Assembly (NCBI GenBank): GCA_918797485.1 | Contig: CAKKNE010000001.1 | Coordinates: 5,704,001 to 5,768,000 of the forward strand | DNA: 64,000 nt | Source: Pelagomonas calceolata | Lineage: Eukaryota | Direction of reading: 5' to 3' | Shown: positions 21,675-32,333 of the stretch, piece by piece | Layout: each line of letters starts with the position of its first letter | Position numbering within the stretch: position 1 is the first letter of the stretch | Notes under the pieces: model-generated | What the model was told of the DNA's origin: nothing | Seen by the model: the letters and a program-made list of their open reading frames with translations, nothing else | Databases searched by the model: none | Translations under genes and position numbers: made by a program

Positions 21675-22069
21675 CGTCGTCCCGTTGTTTGGCCGGACGG
21701 CGGCGCCGGCAGCACAACGTTGTGGCACGGTTCGGTCCACTTTTGCATGGTGCGGGGCTGCCTGCGCGACGGCCGCGCGCGCCGGGGCGATTGTCGACTT
21801 GTGCGACGGGTGCGGATGGCTGGCTGGATCGATCAATTCCACGCCAAAACGCTAACACCAACCTGGCTCAAAAGTGACAGGGCTGCCGATCCAATCGCCT
21901 AACTTTACGAAGCGGCAATACCAGTGGATATTGCTCGCTGCACTGCGAGATCATACTGTACATAGATCACAAATCGAGCGGTATTGCTGGCTGCGGCGGT
22001 AAACACAATTTATAGTTGATTTCCGCCAGCTGGACGTTATTTGCAACAAGTCTTGGCGGAGGCAACAGC

Positions 22070-23377
22070 ATGCGCCTCATTACGCTCGCAATAGCAGCGC
22101 GCGCATGGATCGCAGCGCTGGCATTGGTCTCGCCGCCGGCGCATCGCTGGTCGGCAGCGCCGCCAGCGCCTCGACGGCCGACAGCGCTGCGCAGCACGAC
22201 GACGACGGATACCGATGCCGAACCCATCACCATCGAGACCGTCGACGACCTCCTCGACGCCCCGCAAGTCAACTGCGCGCGAGGTGTGTGTGTGATCGAC
22301 GAGACGGAGCCGGAGGTGTGTGAATTTGACGAGAATATGGAGGAGATTGTCTGCGTGCCGGCGGAGACGCCGCTCTGGCCCAAAGCTTTGCTGCTCGGAT
22401 CGTCCGTGTTGTATGGGACGAACTTCGCTCTGGGGCGACTCATGAACGACGCGCTGCCGGCGGCCGCGTCGACGTCGGCGCGCTTCGTGTTAGCGGGCGT
22501 CGCCCTCTTCCCCTTTTTATTGAGGCTGGCGCCGAACTTGCGAAGGGACGCTCTGGTTTGTGGCTGCTTCACGGCGCTAGGCTACGTGACGCAATCTTTA
22601 GCATTAGTCGACACGCCGGCCGCGACCGTCGCATTTTTGGGAGCGCTGACCGTCGTCGTGTGCCCCACGTGCGCCTTCCTCGTGGAGAAGCGGACGGACC
22701 TAGGGTTTCGCGATGCCCCGCAAGTCTGGGTCGCGGCCATCTTGGCCTTGGTCGGCGTCGGGTTTCTTGAATTACCGTCAGTACTAGCGGGCGGCGGCGA
22801 CCTGCTGTCGGCGGGCGACGCGTTGAGTGTCTTGCAGGCCGTGGGCTTCGGGACGTCGTTCTACTTAACCGAAAGGATGATGCAGAAGGAGCCGACGCAA
22901 GCTCTCTCGATCACGGCGGCGCAGGTTTCGGTGACCGCATTCATTTCCGCCGTCTGGGCGTTTTGTGATGGGTATGGAATAGGCCCCTTCGACGGGGGCT
23001 GGCTCTTGGACGATACGTTGAGAGCGACGCACACGATCCCGGGGTTGTTCCTGGACCCGTCACTACGCGCGGTCGCCGCGGCGGCGGCGTGGACCGGTTT
23101 GGTCACAACTGCAGCGAACCGCGTCGCCGAGACGACGGCGCTGGGCCAGGTCACGTCGTCGGAAGCTTCTGTATTATTAGCGACGGAGCCGCTCTGGGCC
23201 GCGGTCTTCGGCGCGCTCCTCATCAACGAAGCGTTGGAACCCGAGGACATCGCTGGTGGGGCATTAATTTGCGCGGCGTGCGTGACGGCGGCGCAGGACC
23301 GGGACACGATGCGGCGGTTTTTGAGGTTGGATGAGTCCTCGCGCGAGGACACATCTAGTACTACGAGTAAGTCTTAG
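22070..23377 (+). CDS. EamA/DMT-family transporter with a probable bipartite (plastid) targeting peptide
   Basis: LYGTNF, RF, GYVTQSLAL, AFLGALTVVVCP, GD and ASVLLATEPLWAAVF; hydrophobic N-terminus followed by an R/T/S-rich stretch. Confidence 0.85.
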   Translation: MRLITLAIAARAWIAALALVSPPAHRWSAAPPAPRRPTALRSTTTTDTDAEPITIETVDDLLDAPQVNCARGVCVIDETEPEVCEFDENMEEIVCVPAETPLWPKALLLGSSVLYGTNFALGRLMNDALPAAASTSARFVLAGVALFPFLLRLAPNLRRDALVCGCFTALGYVTQSLALVDTPAATVAFLGALTVVVCPTCAFLVEKRTDLGFRDAPQVWVAAILALVGVGFLELPSVLAGGGDLLSAGDALSVLQAVGFGTSFYLTERMMQKEPTQALSITAAQVSVTAFISAVWAFCDGYGIGPFDGGWLLDDTLRATHTIPGLFLDPSLRAVAAAAAWTGLVTTAANRVAETTALGQVTSSEASVLLATEPLWAAVFGALLINEALEPEDIAGGALICAACVTAAQDRDTMRRFLRLDESSREDTSSTTSKS

Positions 23378-23662
23378 TCCAGGGATGTGTCGGGGGCTAG
23401 GTTAAGAACTTGGAGGGGGGGGGAGGGTAAATTAAATTAGGCCATTCACGGTCCCCCAGCAAGCGACGGCTACAAACTCTCCGTAATAGCCAGCAAAACA
23501 ACAAAGACCGACGACGCCGTCCTGCTCCTCCACGGGAGAACCTGGAGCAGCGGCCCGGTCTGGCAGACGACGGGCGCGATCGACACGTTGGGACGGGCCT
23601 TTGATGGGGTTTGTGACGGGGAATTGCGTCCGTCAATAAAAGGTGACTCAGGATGATAATAG

Positions 23663-23900
23663 TTAGGAGTGATGGAACGGCGAAAACGGCGCCTCCGGAG
23701 ACCGCGCGTCGTAGCTCACGAGGGGCGCGGCGGACGCCCTGAGGCGAAATGTGCGCAGGAACTCGTCGCGCGTCTCGACCGCCAGGGCGACCTTTTCTGG
23801 GACCGCGTCGTGAGGAACGAAGAACGCCCGCACCAGCGACGGCAGGTGCCGGCGCCAGCACTCGGCCGAGAGCACGAGCTCGTTGTGCAGGGTACGGGGT
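23663..23900 (-). pseudogene. Probable 3' gene fragment
   Basis: GC-rich coding-like patch (LHNELVLSAECWRRHLPSLVRAFF...EFLRTFRL...PLVSYD...PF) in non-coding-like flanks, with no ATG start. Confidence 0.3.
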
Positions 23901-24218
23901 ACGGTGAACGTCTTATGACCACACGAAGAATCCCTCTTCCAACGTGCTTTGCTCAGGGTGGGCACGATTACGGATCGGTGGGCACTACCGAATCATGCTA
24001 CCCGAATCTTTTACACAGTTCGCTTAGATGCGCGCGGCAATCTCACCGCGGACTGAACTTGAACGATATGCAACTTGATTGCCCTCGTCGGGAGTAAGCA
24101 CGTGACGCCATAAGCAGGGGGAGTCTTTGCGGCACAAGCACGCCGTCGACGGAACAGTCGACGCGAGACGCGACGACGCAGGGGCGACAGGAAACGCCCT
24201 AGTAAAACGAATGGTGTC

Positions 24219-25964
24219 TTAGTCCCACAGCTTGATGAGGTTGTCCCAGCCCGCCGTGAAGACCCAGGACGGCTCGAGCGGGTGCCAGGCGCAGTCGATG
24301 CAGGGCCCCGCGTCGTGCGCCTGGAGCTTGCGGTACGTCCGCGTCGACTTGAAGTCCCAGAAAAACAGCTTGCCCTCGCCGTCGCCCGACGCGACGAACT
24401 TGCCGTCGGGCGAGAACGTAATCCCGCAGGCGTAGCCCGAGTTCAGGTGGCCCTTGAACGTCCGCTTCCGCTGCTGCTTGACCCGCTCCCCGGCCGTGTA
24501 CGTGACAATCGAGTTGTCCATGGACTGGCCGCACCAGAACTGCTGCGTCGGGTGCTTCCGGACGATGGGCACGGAGTGCATGTGCGGCTCGCTTATATAT
24601 TTGGTAGGTACGGGTATGCTATACTCCCAAACAAAAATCTTTTTGTCGTCCCCCGTCGAGATGAACGACTTCCCGTCATCAATGAATGTTATAGAATTAC
24701 AAGGAGCCAGGTGGTGGTTATAGACCAGCGTCGGTTCTCCTTTCTCCCTCAAGTCCCACTGGAAGATCTTGCCCGACGTCGCGTCGCCCGCGCCAGCCAC
24801 CAAAATATTTTTGTCCTTGGGGTAGAACCTGACGCAGTTCATCATCTGCCGTTCCGCCGTCATCGTGTGCAATACCTTACCCGTCTCGACGTCCCAGACC
24901 CTCGCGAAGCGGTCGAAGCCACAACTCACGAACTGCGACGCGTCTGGTGCTAATGAACAATCTTTCACGGCTTCCGAGTGCCCCGCATAGGTCCGCATGC
25001 ACCTCCGATCATTCAGCACGTCCCAGATCTTACAGGACCCGTCTAACGACGCTGATAACAGTAAATGCCCATAACCCGGGAACGGTAGTATTCTCTGAAC
25101 GCCTTTGCTGTGGCCCGTAAATCTGTGAATGCATCGCTTGGGAATGAAGCAGTCGTGGCCGTCGTCGACCCTCGAACGAATACCACCTCGCGGCGGCATG
25201 CACCAGGGCCGTCCTTGATAATCCCTTTCTTGTTCACCGTGGAAGGCCGTTCTCGCTTCGCAAGCGACCGTGTCCCGATCATGTCTCGCCGGCAACAAGT
25301 GGGAGATCTTCCGCTCGTCCCTTCTATCGAAGTCCTCGTTCTGGTCATATCCGCGCTTGTTCTTCGCGCGCTCGCTCTCGAGAGCCGAAGCGATCTCCTG
25401 GAGCCGATCCTGGGAGATCTTCTCCTGCTCTTCCTCAGGGTCGGCTTCGGGCGCCCAGACGCCGTGCTCGTCCTCGTCGCCAATATCTTCCCGTTCGACG
25501 GGCCGCCTTCTTTTCCGGGGCTTCTGGACCACGTCAGGGACCGTTCCAACAACACCGCTCCCGCGCGCGGCCTGGGCGAAGCCGTGGCCCTGGAAGGAGT
25601 GGAACTGCTCGTCGAAGGACCACGCCTCCACTGCAGCTCTTTCGGCGGTGCCTCCGCTGTGGACGTTCGGCGCCGCCCTGTCGACCCCAGGAGCCGCATT
25701 ATCAAAGGGCCGCGCGGGGCCCGCCACCGGCGCCTTGACGATCGACGCCGGGAGGTTCGTCTTCATTTCCTTCACCATTCTACCGTCGGCGCCCGGCTGC
25801 AGCGCGCGCGCCGGGTTGAGGGCGAGCGTCGACGCGCCGACGACGCGGGGCGCCGTGACCACTCTTCTCTCTAGTAAAGCCGTGGGCGGGGGCGCCGCCG
25901 GCTCGTCGTCATCGTCGTCACTGCTCGAGCCGCCATAGCTCCCTAGGGCGGCGAGGGCGGACAT
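24219..25964 (-). CDS. CDC40: Pre-mRNA-processing factor 17 (WD40)
   Basis: DYQGRPW, CFIPKRCIH, GHLLLSASLD, KYISEPHMHS, QSMDN and WHPLEPS. Confidence 0.96.
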   Translation of the reverse strand: MSALAALGSYGGSSSDDDDDEPAAPPPTALLERRVVTAPRVVGASTLALNPARALQPGADGRMVKEMKTNLPASIVKAPVAGPARPFDNAAPGVDRAAPNVHSGGTAERAAVEAWSFDEQFHSFQGHGFAQAARGSGVVGTVPDVVQKPRKRRRPVEREDIGDEDEHGVWAPEADPEEEQEKISQDRLQEIASALESERAKNKRGYDQNEDFDRRDERKISHLLPARHDRDTVACEARTAFHGEQERDYQGRPWCMPPRGGIRSRVDDGHDCFIPKRCIHRFTGHSKGVQRILPFPGYGHLLLSASLDGSCKIWDVLNDRRCMRTYAGHSEAVKDCSLAPDASQFVSCGFDRFARVWDVETGKVLHTMTAERQMMNCVRFYPKDKNILVAGAGDATSGKIFQWDLREKGEPTLVYNHHLAPCNSITFIDDGKSFISTGDDKKIFVWEYSIPVPTKYISEPHMHSVPIVRKHPTQQFWCGQSMDNSIVTYTAGERVKQQRKRTFKGHLNSGYACGITFSPDGKFVASGDGEGKLFFWDFKSTRTYRKLQAHDAGPCIDCAWHPLEPSWVFTAGWDNLIKLWD

Positions 25965-26232
25965 CTAGTTCTGGCGCAGCGATCGCGTAACGCGTGAGCT
26001 CAGCGCGCAGGATGTAAACAGCTCGGCAAGCTCGGGTGTGCCCCTCACGTACAGCTTTTTTTATCAGCGGTCGACCAGGCTAGCGTCGATTGACACACTA
26101 GCTTTACTCGACCCGAACGTTGTTGTTGCGGCCGTTGTTGCGGCTGCCCGCTTTTGTTCTGGCACTGAACTTGGCCGCGCCACTGGGGCTGGTTATTGGC
26201 AGTCACTTCGAGCAGCTGGGCAGCCAACCAAC

Positions 26233-28227
26233 ATGTTCCGAGGGAACTCCAGTGTCGAGCGTGAGCAAATCCGGCGCAACATCGCAAATTATATGGGAGA
26301 AGTGGGCCGTGTCGTGCAAGCGGCCGTGTCGCGCAAGCGGCCGAAGCAGCGGGAGAAGTGGGTCCCGAAGCCGAAGGGGCCGCGGCGCGGATCCGGGCGG
26401 ACCCGCAGCGCGGCCCGGGAAGAGGCGGTGCGGCCGCTACTCCAGATCGTCGAGCTGCTCCAGACGCGCGGCGATCTCCTGGAGCCCTGGACGCTGAGTG
26501 CTTACGTCGCGCAGTGGAACCGCACGTGCCGCGACGCCGCCGTCGCGTGGCGGACGGAGGCCACCGAGATGAAGCTCGTCGGTATGCCCGGGCAGGGCGA
26601 CATCCAAGCGGGCCGAATCGCAATCGGCCCGTGTCTCTCCTTCGACGTGTTTCAGTCGCTCGCGCGCAATTGCCAGCAGCTACGGGTCTTGGAATTGAAT
26701 CTTACCGAGGAGCCGGAAAACGGCGACGACAGCGCGCTTGTGGCCCTCGTGCGGCGCTGCCCGCTGCGCCGCATATGGATTCGGTGTCCGCACCCCAGCA
26801 AAGCGTTGTTGGAGGCTTTTGTCTACATTGCCGACACCCTGCAAGAGCTGCACTTTCCCATGTACGTGGCAGAGCAAGTCGCGACGCTACAACCCATCGC
26901 GCGGTGGTGCACGAATCTTCAGGTGCTTAACATCGGAAATCAATGCTCCGCCGCGGACGATGCGGTCATCAAGGCACTCGCGCGCAACCCGTGCCCGCTG
27001 CGCGCGTTGAACATCGACCGCACCGAGGTCCAAGACGCCGCCGCCGCCGCATGCGTCACCGCGCACCGCGAGACGCTGGAGTCATTTGTTGTGTTCGGAA
27101 GCGGGGAATGCGCCCGTACGTTGCGCGCTCTCGCGCGCTGCCCCAAGCTGCGCCATCTCGACTTCGCCGGGTGGGCCTTCGAACACGGCGGCAATAGTTG
27201 GATCGATGACGCCGGAGCGCGCGCCGTGGTCGAGTCGTGCCGGAACCTGACCGAATTTTTGCTCGGGAGTAACTGCCCCAAAATTACGGACAGGCCGGGA
27301 CTGCTCGACGCGCTGCGGGAGAACTCGCGCGGCAGGCTCGAGCGCCTCTCGCTGCCCGTCGAAGCGGATCCGGCGACGAAAGCGGCGCTGGTGCGGCTCG
27401 TGGCCGCCTCGCCGCGGCTACGCACTCTCACGATGGAGGCGTGTTGCGGAGGATTAAGGGAGCTGCTCCAGCACGCCCCCAGTCTGAAAGAGTTGGAATC
27501 GTCTCACGTCTGGGTCAACGAGGACGAGCACGCCCGATTTTTGAGCGACGACGACGTGCGCGCCGTATATGAATGCTGCCCGCTCCTCGAGAAACTGGAC
27601 ATTTGCCACGGCGACGCGGAAGCGGTAGAAACAGAGACTTGGGCCGCGCTCTTTGACAACATGAAGCATCTCGCGCACGTCCAGATGCCCAGGTCGCAAA
27701 ATATAACCTTCTGGGTGCTCGCCGCGATCGGTCGATGCAAGTCCCTGCGCTTCCTCTCGCTCCAGGAGTTCGACTGCTGCGATTACGGGCTCGCGCGGCT
27801 CGCCGAGGAATCCCGCCTCCAAGAGTTGCAGCTATCCCCGGGACCCGACGGCTCGGACGGCGGATGCACGGACCAGGGCGTCGCCTTTCTCTGCAAGATA
27901 AAGTCGCTCCGCACGCTCGATTTCCAAAGCCGGCCTGAGGAAGCGCCGCCCCTCACGGACAGGACCTGCGACTGGGTGGCCAGGAACAAGACGCTCTGGC
28001 GCGTGCAGTTCCCGCACGGCGCGAACATCTCTAGGGAGGCCTGCGAGCGGCTCTGGGCGGCGCGGCCGCGCCTCATCTTCGACAGCTTCGAGGGCGCGGA
28101 CGGCTACATGATCCCGCTGCTGTTCCCCGAGGGCCACCCGGGCAACGAGCCGATACCGTGGGAGTCGCTCTCCGGGCCCGAAGGTCCCGGGTCCGGGTCC
28201 GACGACGGTTCGGACGGGGATGACTAG
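26233..28227 (+). CDS. RNI-like / F-box-type leucine-rich repeat protein
   Basis: Repeated cysteine-containing LRRs (CQQLRVLEL, CTNLQVLNI, CPKLRHLDF, CPLLEKLDI, CTDQGVAFL). Confidence 0.8.
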   Translation: MFRGNSSVEREQIRRNIANYMGEVGRVVQAAVSRKRPKQREKWVPKPKGPRRGSGRTRSAAREEAVRPLLQIVELLQTRGDLLEPWTLSAYVAQWNRTCRDAAVAWRTEATEMKLVGMPGQGDIQAGRIAIGPCLSFDVFQSLARNCQQLRVLELNLTEEPENGDDSALVALVRRCPLRRIWIRCPHPSKALLEAFVYIADTLQELHFPMYVAEQVATLQPIARWCTNLQVLNIGNQCSAADDAVIKALARNPCPLRALNIDRTEVQDAAAAACVTAHRETLESFVVFGSGECARTLRALARCPKLRHLDFAGWAFEHGGNSWIDDAGARAVVESCRNLTEFLLGSNCPKITDRPGLLDALRENSRGRLERLSLPVEADPATKAALVRLVAASPRLRTLTMEACCGGLRELLQHAPSLKELESSHVWVNEDEHARFLSDDDVRAVYECCPLLEKLDICHGDAEAVETETWAALFDNMKHLAHVQMPRSQNITFWVLAAIGRCKSLRFLSLQEFDCCDYGLARLAEESRLQELQLSPGPDGSDGGCTDQGVAFLCKIKSLRTLDFQSRPEEAPPLTDRTCDWVARNKTLWRVQFPHGANISREACERLWAARPRLIFDSFEGADGYMIPLLFPEGHPGNEPIPWESLSGPEGPGSGSDDGSDGDD

Positions 28228-29357
28228 ATGGTAAGATTACCCTTCCGCTCCTCGATACACTTCCGCCACGCCCGCGTCAGCCGCGGCATCTCGCGCGCGA
28301 TCGACGCCGCGGACGCGTCGATGGGCCGCCCGCGGTAGCCCCGCCGCGCGCGCTCCGAGCTCGCCTCCCGGGGCGAGAGTTGAGTCCAGTAGCCCGTGTA
28401 CGGCAGGCCACCTGAATCAGAAACGAGTGGCAAATAAAATCCGGGCAGGTAGAAGTGCTTCGGGTACAGCTCGAGGACGACGGTGCAGGGGCGTGCAAAC
28501 ACCACATTCGACAAACCGGCCCCGTGCGGCGCGACGATGATGTCGTGGGCGTGCACCCAGAGCGCCTGCTCCGCCGGCGCCTTCTGCTCGAAGAGCACCT
28601 CGTCGGCACCAACCAACGCCGCGAAGGCGCTGCCGTGGAGCCACTTCCGGTTCCTTACAGAAGGCCGGTTGAGGACGCCGACGCGCGGCTTTTTAGAAGG
28701 GTCAGCATAAATGGCGGCCTCGTGGCTCCACATGTTCGTGTGGCTCCGCGCCTCGGCGGCCATCACGGCGGCCGACCACGCGGCCGCATGCCTCATATCC
28801 CTGGCGTCCGTTTTATTGGTGAACCAGAGCGCGGGCGTCTTCGCCTCGCCGTTGCCCGCTTTCCTCCGTAAGCCGCCGAGGACCTCGCAGTGTTCCCGCT
28901 TATAGTCCTTTGGGATGTTATCGCAGCCCAGGAAATCGCAGTCCGTCGTGCTATTTGTCGTCCGGATGTCGGCCCCCATCAATTCGAGCATGAACCGCGT
29001 GTATGGGTGGTGCCGCGAGAGGGGCACGCCGTTGCGCAGCTCGAGCGTCGGCTTCAGGTCGGGGAACCGGCGAAATAAGGAAAAGCACGGCAGCAATAAC
29101 TGCTGCGCGTGCTGCCAGTGCCTGCCCGTCAGGCGCGTGTTCGTGTTGTGCGGCGTCGCCACGCAGACGACGTGCTCCGGCTCGCACGCCGCCGGCCGCT
29201 GGATGGCAATCCAGCCGCGCTTGCGCCGCCGCACGGCGAGCGTCTGCAGCTGGCTCCACGGCTTCACGACAAAGTCCGTGCCGTTGGCGTCGAGCCATCC
29301 GTGCGCCGTGGCCGGCAGCAGCCCGAGGACCAGGGTCGCGGCGATGGCGTGCATCAT
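28224..29357 (-). CDS. Glycosyltransferase family 61-like, secreted or Golgi
   Basis: EQA...DIIVAPHGAGLSNVVF...VVLELYP motif; N-terminal signal peptide. Confidence 0.85.
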   Translation of the reverse strand: MMHAIAATLVLGLLPATAHGWLDANGTDFVVKPWSQLQTLAVRRRKRGWIAIQRPAACEPEHVVCVATPHNTNTRLTGRHWQHAQQLLLPCFSLFRRFPDLKPTLELRNGVPLSRHHPYTRFMLELMGADIRTTNSTTDCDFLGCDNIPKDYKREHCEVLGGLRRKAGNGEAKTPALWFTNKTDARDMRHAAAWSAAVMAAEARSHTNMWSHEAAIYADPSKKPRVGVLNRPSVRNRKWLHGSAFAALVGADEVLFEQKAPAEQALWVHAHDIIVAPHGAGLSNVVFARPCTVVLELYPKHFYLPGFYLPLVSDSGGLPYTGYWTQLSPREASSERARRGYRGRPIDASAASIAREMPRLTRAWRKCIEERKGNLTI

Positions 29358-29597
29358 CCTAGCTGTCCAATTCAGCAGCAGCACCTTAGCGGTCCTAGGA
29401 AGGGCAGCGTGTGCAGCCCGCGGGGCAGCCCTCGCGCAGCGGTCGAAATGCTATCGTATAATACAATGCACGGCAATGGCGTGCCCTGATGCGACGCGAA
29501 GGCATACAAATTTTTGGGGAGACAACTAGTGGGTCTTAACTAGCACAAACCGACTTTCGAACCAATCAAAATATGCACAAATAGTTAATAAATAAGT

Positions 29598-30689
29598 CTA
29601 GATGGCGCGCCGCGGCGCAAGACCCGCAAAGTAGCCGCCCGCGTCGAGCGCCGCCGCGTGCCGGTACCCGTCGGCCCAGAGCGTCGCGACCCAGCGCCGC
29701 GAGACGAGTAGCAGGCGGCTGAGGTCCACGTGGCCGCCCGCGGTCGGCGTCACGAAGTAGCGGCGGCCCCGCGTTCGCCGTAGCACGTGGTCCAGGACCG
29801 GAAAATTCCAGGAGGCGTAGATGTGGTTCCACGGCAGCGCCGCGGCCCCGTTCACCGTCTCGCGCGGCGCGGCGACGGCGGCGCCCCGCATCACGGCGCA
29901 CATGTAGGGCACGGCGCACCACAGCGAAAAGGCGTTGACGCCATCCGCGCACCAGGCGCCGGCGTAGCGGATCGCCGGCCGCAGCGAGGCGATCGGCGGG
30001 GCGTTCGCGGAAGCAAGCGCGGCGCGCGCAAAGTCCGCCCGCCCGCTGAATCTTTGCGACACGGCGGGAGACAAAGAAGGCAGCGGCGTCCAGGTCCAGC
30101 GCCGCAGGCCGATGAGAATGCGGTCCGTGCGATAGGCCGCATCGTCGCGCGGCAGCGTCTCGTCCAGTAGCTCGGCCATGACGCCGTCGAGGCGCCCGAC
30201 GTACGCCAGCGGGTGCCCCGTGATGCGCTCCAGCTTGGCATCCAGCCTTTCGTGGAGCTTCTGGGCCCGGCGGCGCACCTCCGCCGCCGAGGGATCACCA
30301 TGCTCGAGCAGCAGAATCGCCGCGGCCGAGACAGCACCCGAAGACGTGCCGACGACGCGGACGTCGCGCAGATCATATCTCTCGACCAGGTAATGAACCA
30401 TTCCGAGCTGCCAAAAGACCCACGTGCACGTGCCGGGGAACACGAGCTCCGGGCGCGCGTCGCGTCGCAGCGGCGCCGGCGCTGGCGTCCTGCTGACGAC
30501 CGCGGCGACGGCGTCAAGGAAAGTGCACACGACGGTGTAGACGACCAGCGCCGGCAGTAGCACCACTACGTAGAGACCGCACCACAGCGCCGCGACGGCG
30601 CAGGCGCGCCAGGACCAGGCGCGCGCGGTGGTCTCGACGCCGGCGCTGCGCCAGGGGTGGTCCATTGGTTGCTTCATTGGTTGCTTCAT
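29598..30689 (-). CDS. Patatin-like phospholipase
   Basis: GTSSGA (GxSxG), FWQLG, ALASA and ADG; N-terminal transmembrane segment. Confidence 0.75.
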   Translation of the reverse strand: MKQPMKQPMDHPWRSAGVETTARAWSWRACAVAALWCGLYVVVLLPALVVYTVVCTFLDAVAAVVSRTPAPAPLRRDARPELVFPGTCTWVFWQLGMVHYLVERYDLRDVRVVGTSSGAVSAAAILLLEHGDPSAAEVRRRAQKLHERLDAKLERITGHPLAYVGRLDGVMAELLDETLPRDDAAYRTDRILIGLRRWTWTPLPSLSPAVSQRFSGRADFARAALASANAPPIASLRPAIRYAGAWCADGVNAFSLWCAVPYMCAVMRGAAVAAPRETVNGAAALPWNHIYASWNFPVLDHVLRRTRGRRYFVTPTAGGHVDLSRLLLVSRRWVATLWADGYRHAAALDAGGYFAGLAPRRAI

Positions 30690-30881
30690 GGCAGCGCAAG
30701 GCAAGCAAATGGAGCGCGAGCTGACCTGGTCGCACACCTAGCTCCTTGTCCAGAGCTCTAATAGCTGGGCGCGCGCTAGGGGCACACAAAACTGGTTGCG
30801 ACTGGCGTCTGCTCACACGCTGCCACGACTGGCTTGCGCTCACACGTACGTCAACAGCACTTTTTCCGGCAAAAAAGCCAA

Positions 30882-30905
30882 GCTAGTGTCTTACAGTACG
30901 CTAGC
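30882..30905. promoter_or_regulatory. Recurrent intergenic motif copy
   Basis: gctagtgtcttac-agta-cgctagc between the divergent patatin and vWA genes. Confidence 0.55.
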
Positions 30906-31092
30906 ACGTTCTGCCAAGTGTTTTGCGAATCGGCTCTGCTGCGGCCCCAAACAAAGCCGCAAAGCCCACCACGCTATTGGTCGATTCCCAAAAACCGAGC
31001 ACTCCTCGAATTTCGGCTGACCTTGCGCCACAACTCATTTCCACAGCCCACAAGCAAAAGCACTCATTTCACAGCCCACATCAAGCAAAAGC

Positions 31093-32211
31093 ATGTCTTA
31101 CTTCTCAAACGCCAGCGCCCCGGCCGTGGCCATACCGCACGACGGCAGCTTCACGCTGCCGGAGGCCGAGGTCATGACTGTAGAACAAGTACAATCGCAC
31201 CATCCCGACCGGGCGCAAGCAATCCGCACGGTCGAGCACATGGGCATGCCGCGCGGCCTCGCCGAGCAGTTCGTCCAGAGCGCCCGCGATTTCTCGTACC
31301 GCTTTTGGATAATAGACAACAGTGGCAGCATGGGGACGAACGACGGCCACCGCGTCGTCGACGGCGCCGGCGGCCGGCAAGGCCTCGTGCCCTGCTCGCG
31401 CTGGGAGGAGCTTGGCTCAGCGATCGGCTGGCACGCTAGATTAGCGGTGGAGCTCGGCGCCTGGACGGAGTTTCGATTACTCAACCAGCCGGGCTCGGGC
31501 GCGTCGCAGATCGTGGCCGTGGGCACTGGTGACAACGCAAAATCAGAAGATGAATTAAGACGCATCGATCGACTGGTCTATAGCCAGCCCACGGGAAGGA
31601 CGCCGCTCTGCGCGCAGATCCGCGCGGTCACGCGGCAGATCCAGCAACGGGCTTCCGAATTACGAGCCACGGGCACGAAGGCCTGCGTCGTGATTGCCTC
31701 AGATGGTGAGGCGACGGACGGCGACATAGCGGCGGCGTTAAGACCATTACGGGACCTGCCGGCCTGGGTCGTTGTGAGATTGTGCACGGACGACGATCGG
31801 GTCGTGCAGTACTGGAACGAGATCGACGAGGACCTGGAGCTGGATATGGACGTGCTTGATGATCTGGAGGGCGAGGCGGCCGAGGTCAACGAGGCCCAGC
31901 CATGGCTGACCTACGGCGCGCCCCTTCATCGTTTAAGGGAGTGGGGCACCTCGAACAAACTCTTCGATTTGTTGGACGAACGACCTTTAGCTCAGCACGA
32001 GTTGCCGGGCTTCGCGTCGTTGATTCTGGGCGAGGCGGCCTGCGACGGCCTGCCGCACCCGTCGCTCGACTGGAATGGGTTCCTCAAGGCGCTCGACCAG
32101 GCCCAGGCCACGGCGAAGCCCGTCTGGGACCCCGCGCGGAAGCGCGCGCGGCCGTGGTTCTCCGTGCGAAAGTTGAACAAAGCGCATGGTGGATCGTGTG
32201 CTGTTTCGTAG
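31093..32211 (+). CDS. von Willebrand factor A domain protein with a C-terminal CaaX box
   Basis: MIDAS motif IIDNSGSM, TPL and VIASDG; ends in CAVS-stop. Confidence 0.85.
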   Translation: MSYFSNASAPAVAIPHDGSFTLPEAEVMTVEQVQSHHPDRAQAIRTVEHMGMPRGLAEQFVQSARDFSYRFWIIDNSGSMGTNDGHRVVDGAGGRQGLVPCSRWEELGSAIGWHARLAVELGAWTEFRLLNQPGSGASQIVAVGTGDNAKSEDELRRIDRLVYSQPTGRTPLCAQIRAVTRQIQQRASELRATGTKACVVIASDGEATDGDIAAALRPLRDLPAWVVVRLCTDDDRVVQYWNEIDEDLELDMDVLDDLEGEAAEVNEAQPWLTYGAPLHRLREWGTSNKLFDLLDERPLAQHELPGFASLILGEAACDGLPHPSLDWNGFLKALDQAQATAKPVWDPARKRARPWFSVRKLNKAHGGSCAVS

Positions 32212-32333
32212 TCAGTCGCGTAAGGTTGCCTCGACGGAGTAGTCCCTAGGGTGCGGGTTGTGTGGGTGAAAAAAACAGTGCACATCGCAATGAGCCACGA
32301 AATGGCTGCCCCGCGACCGAAGCAAGCATTAGT

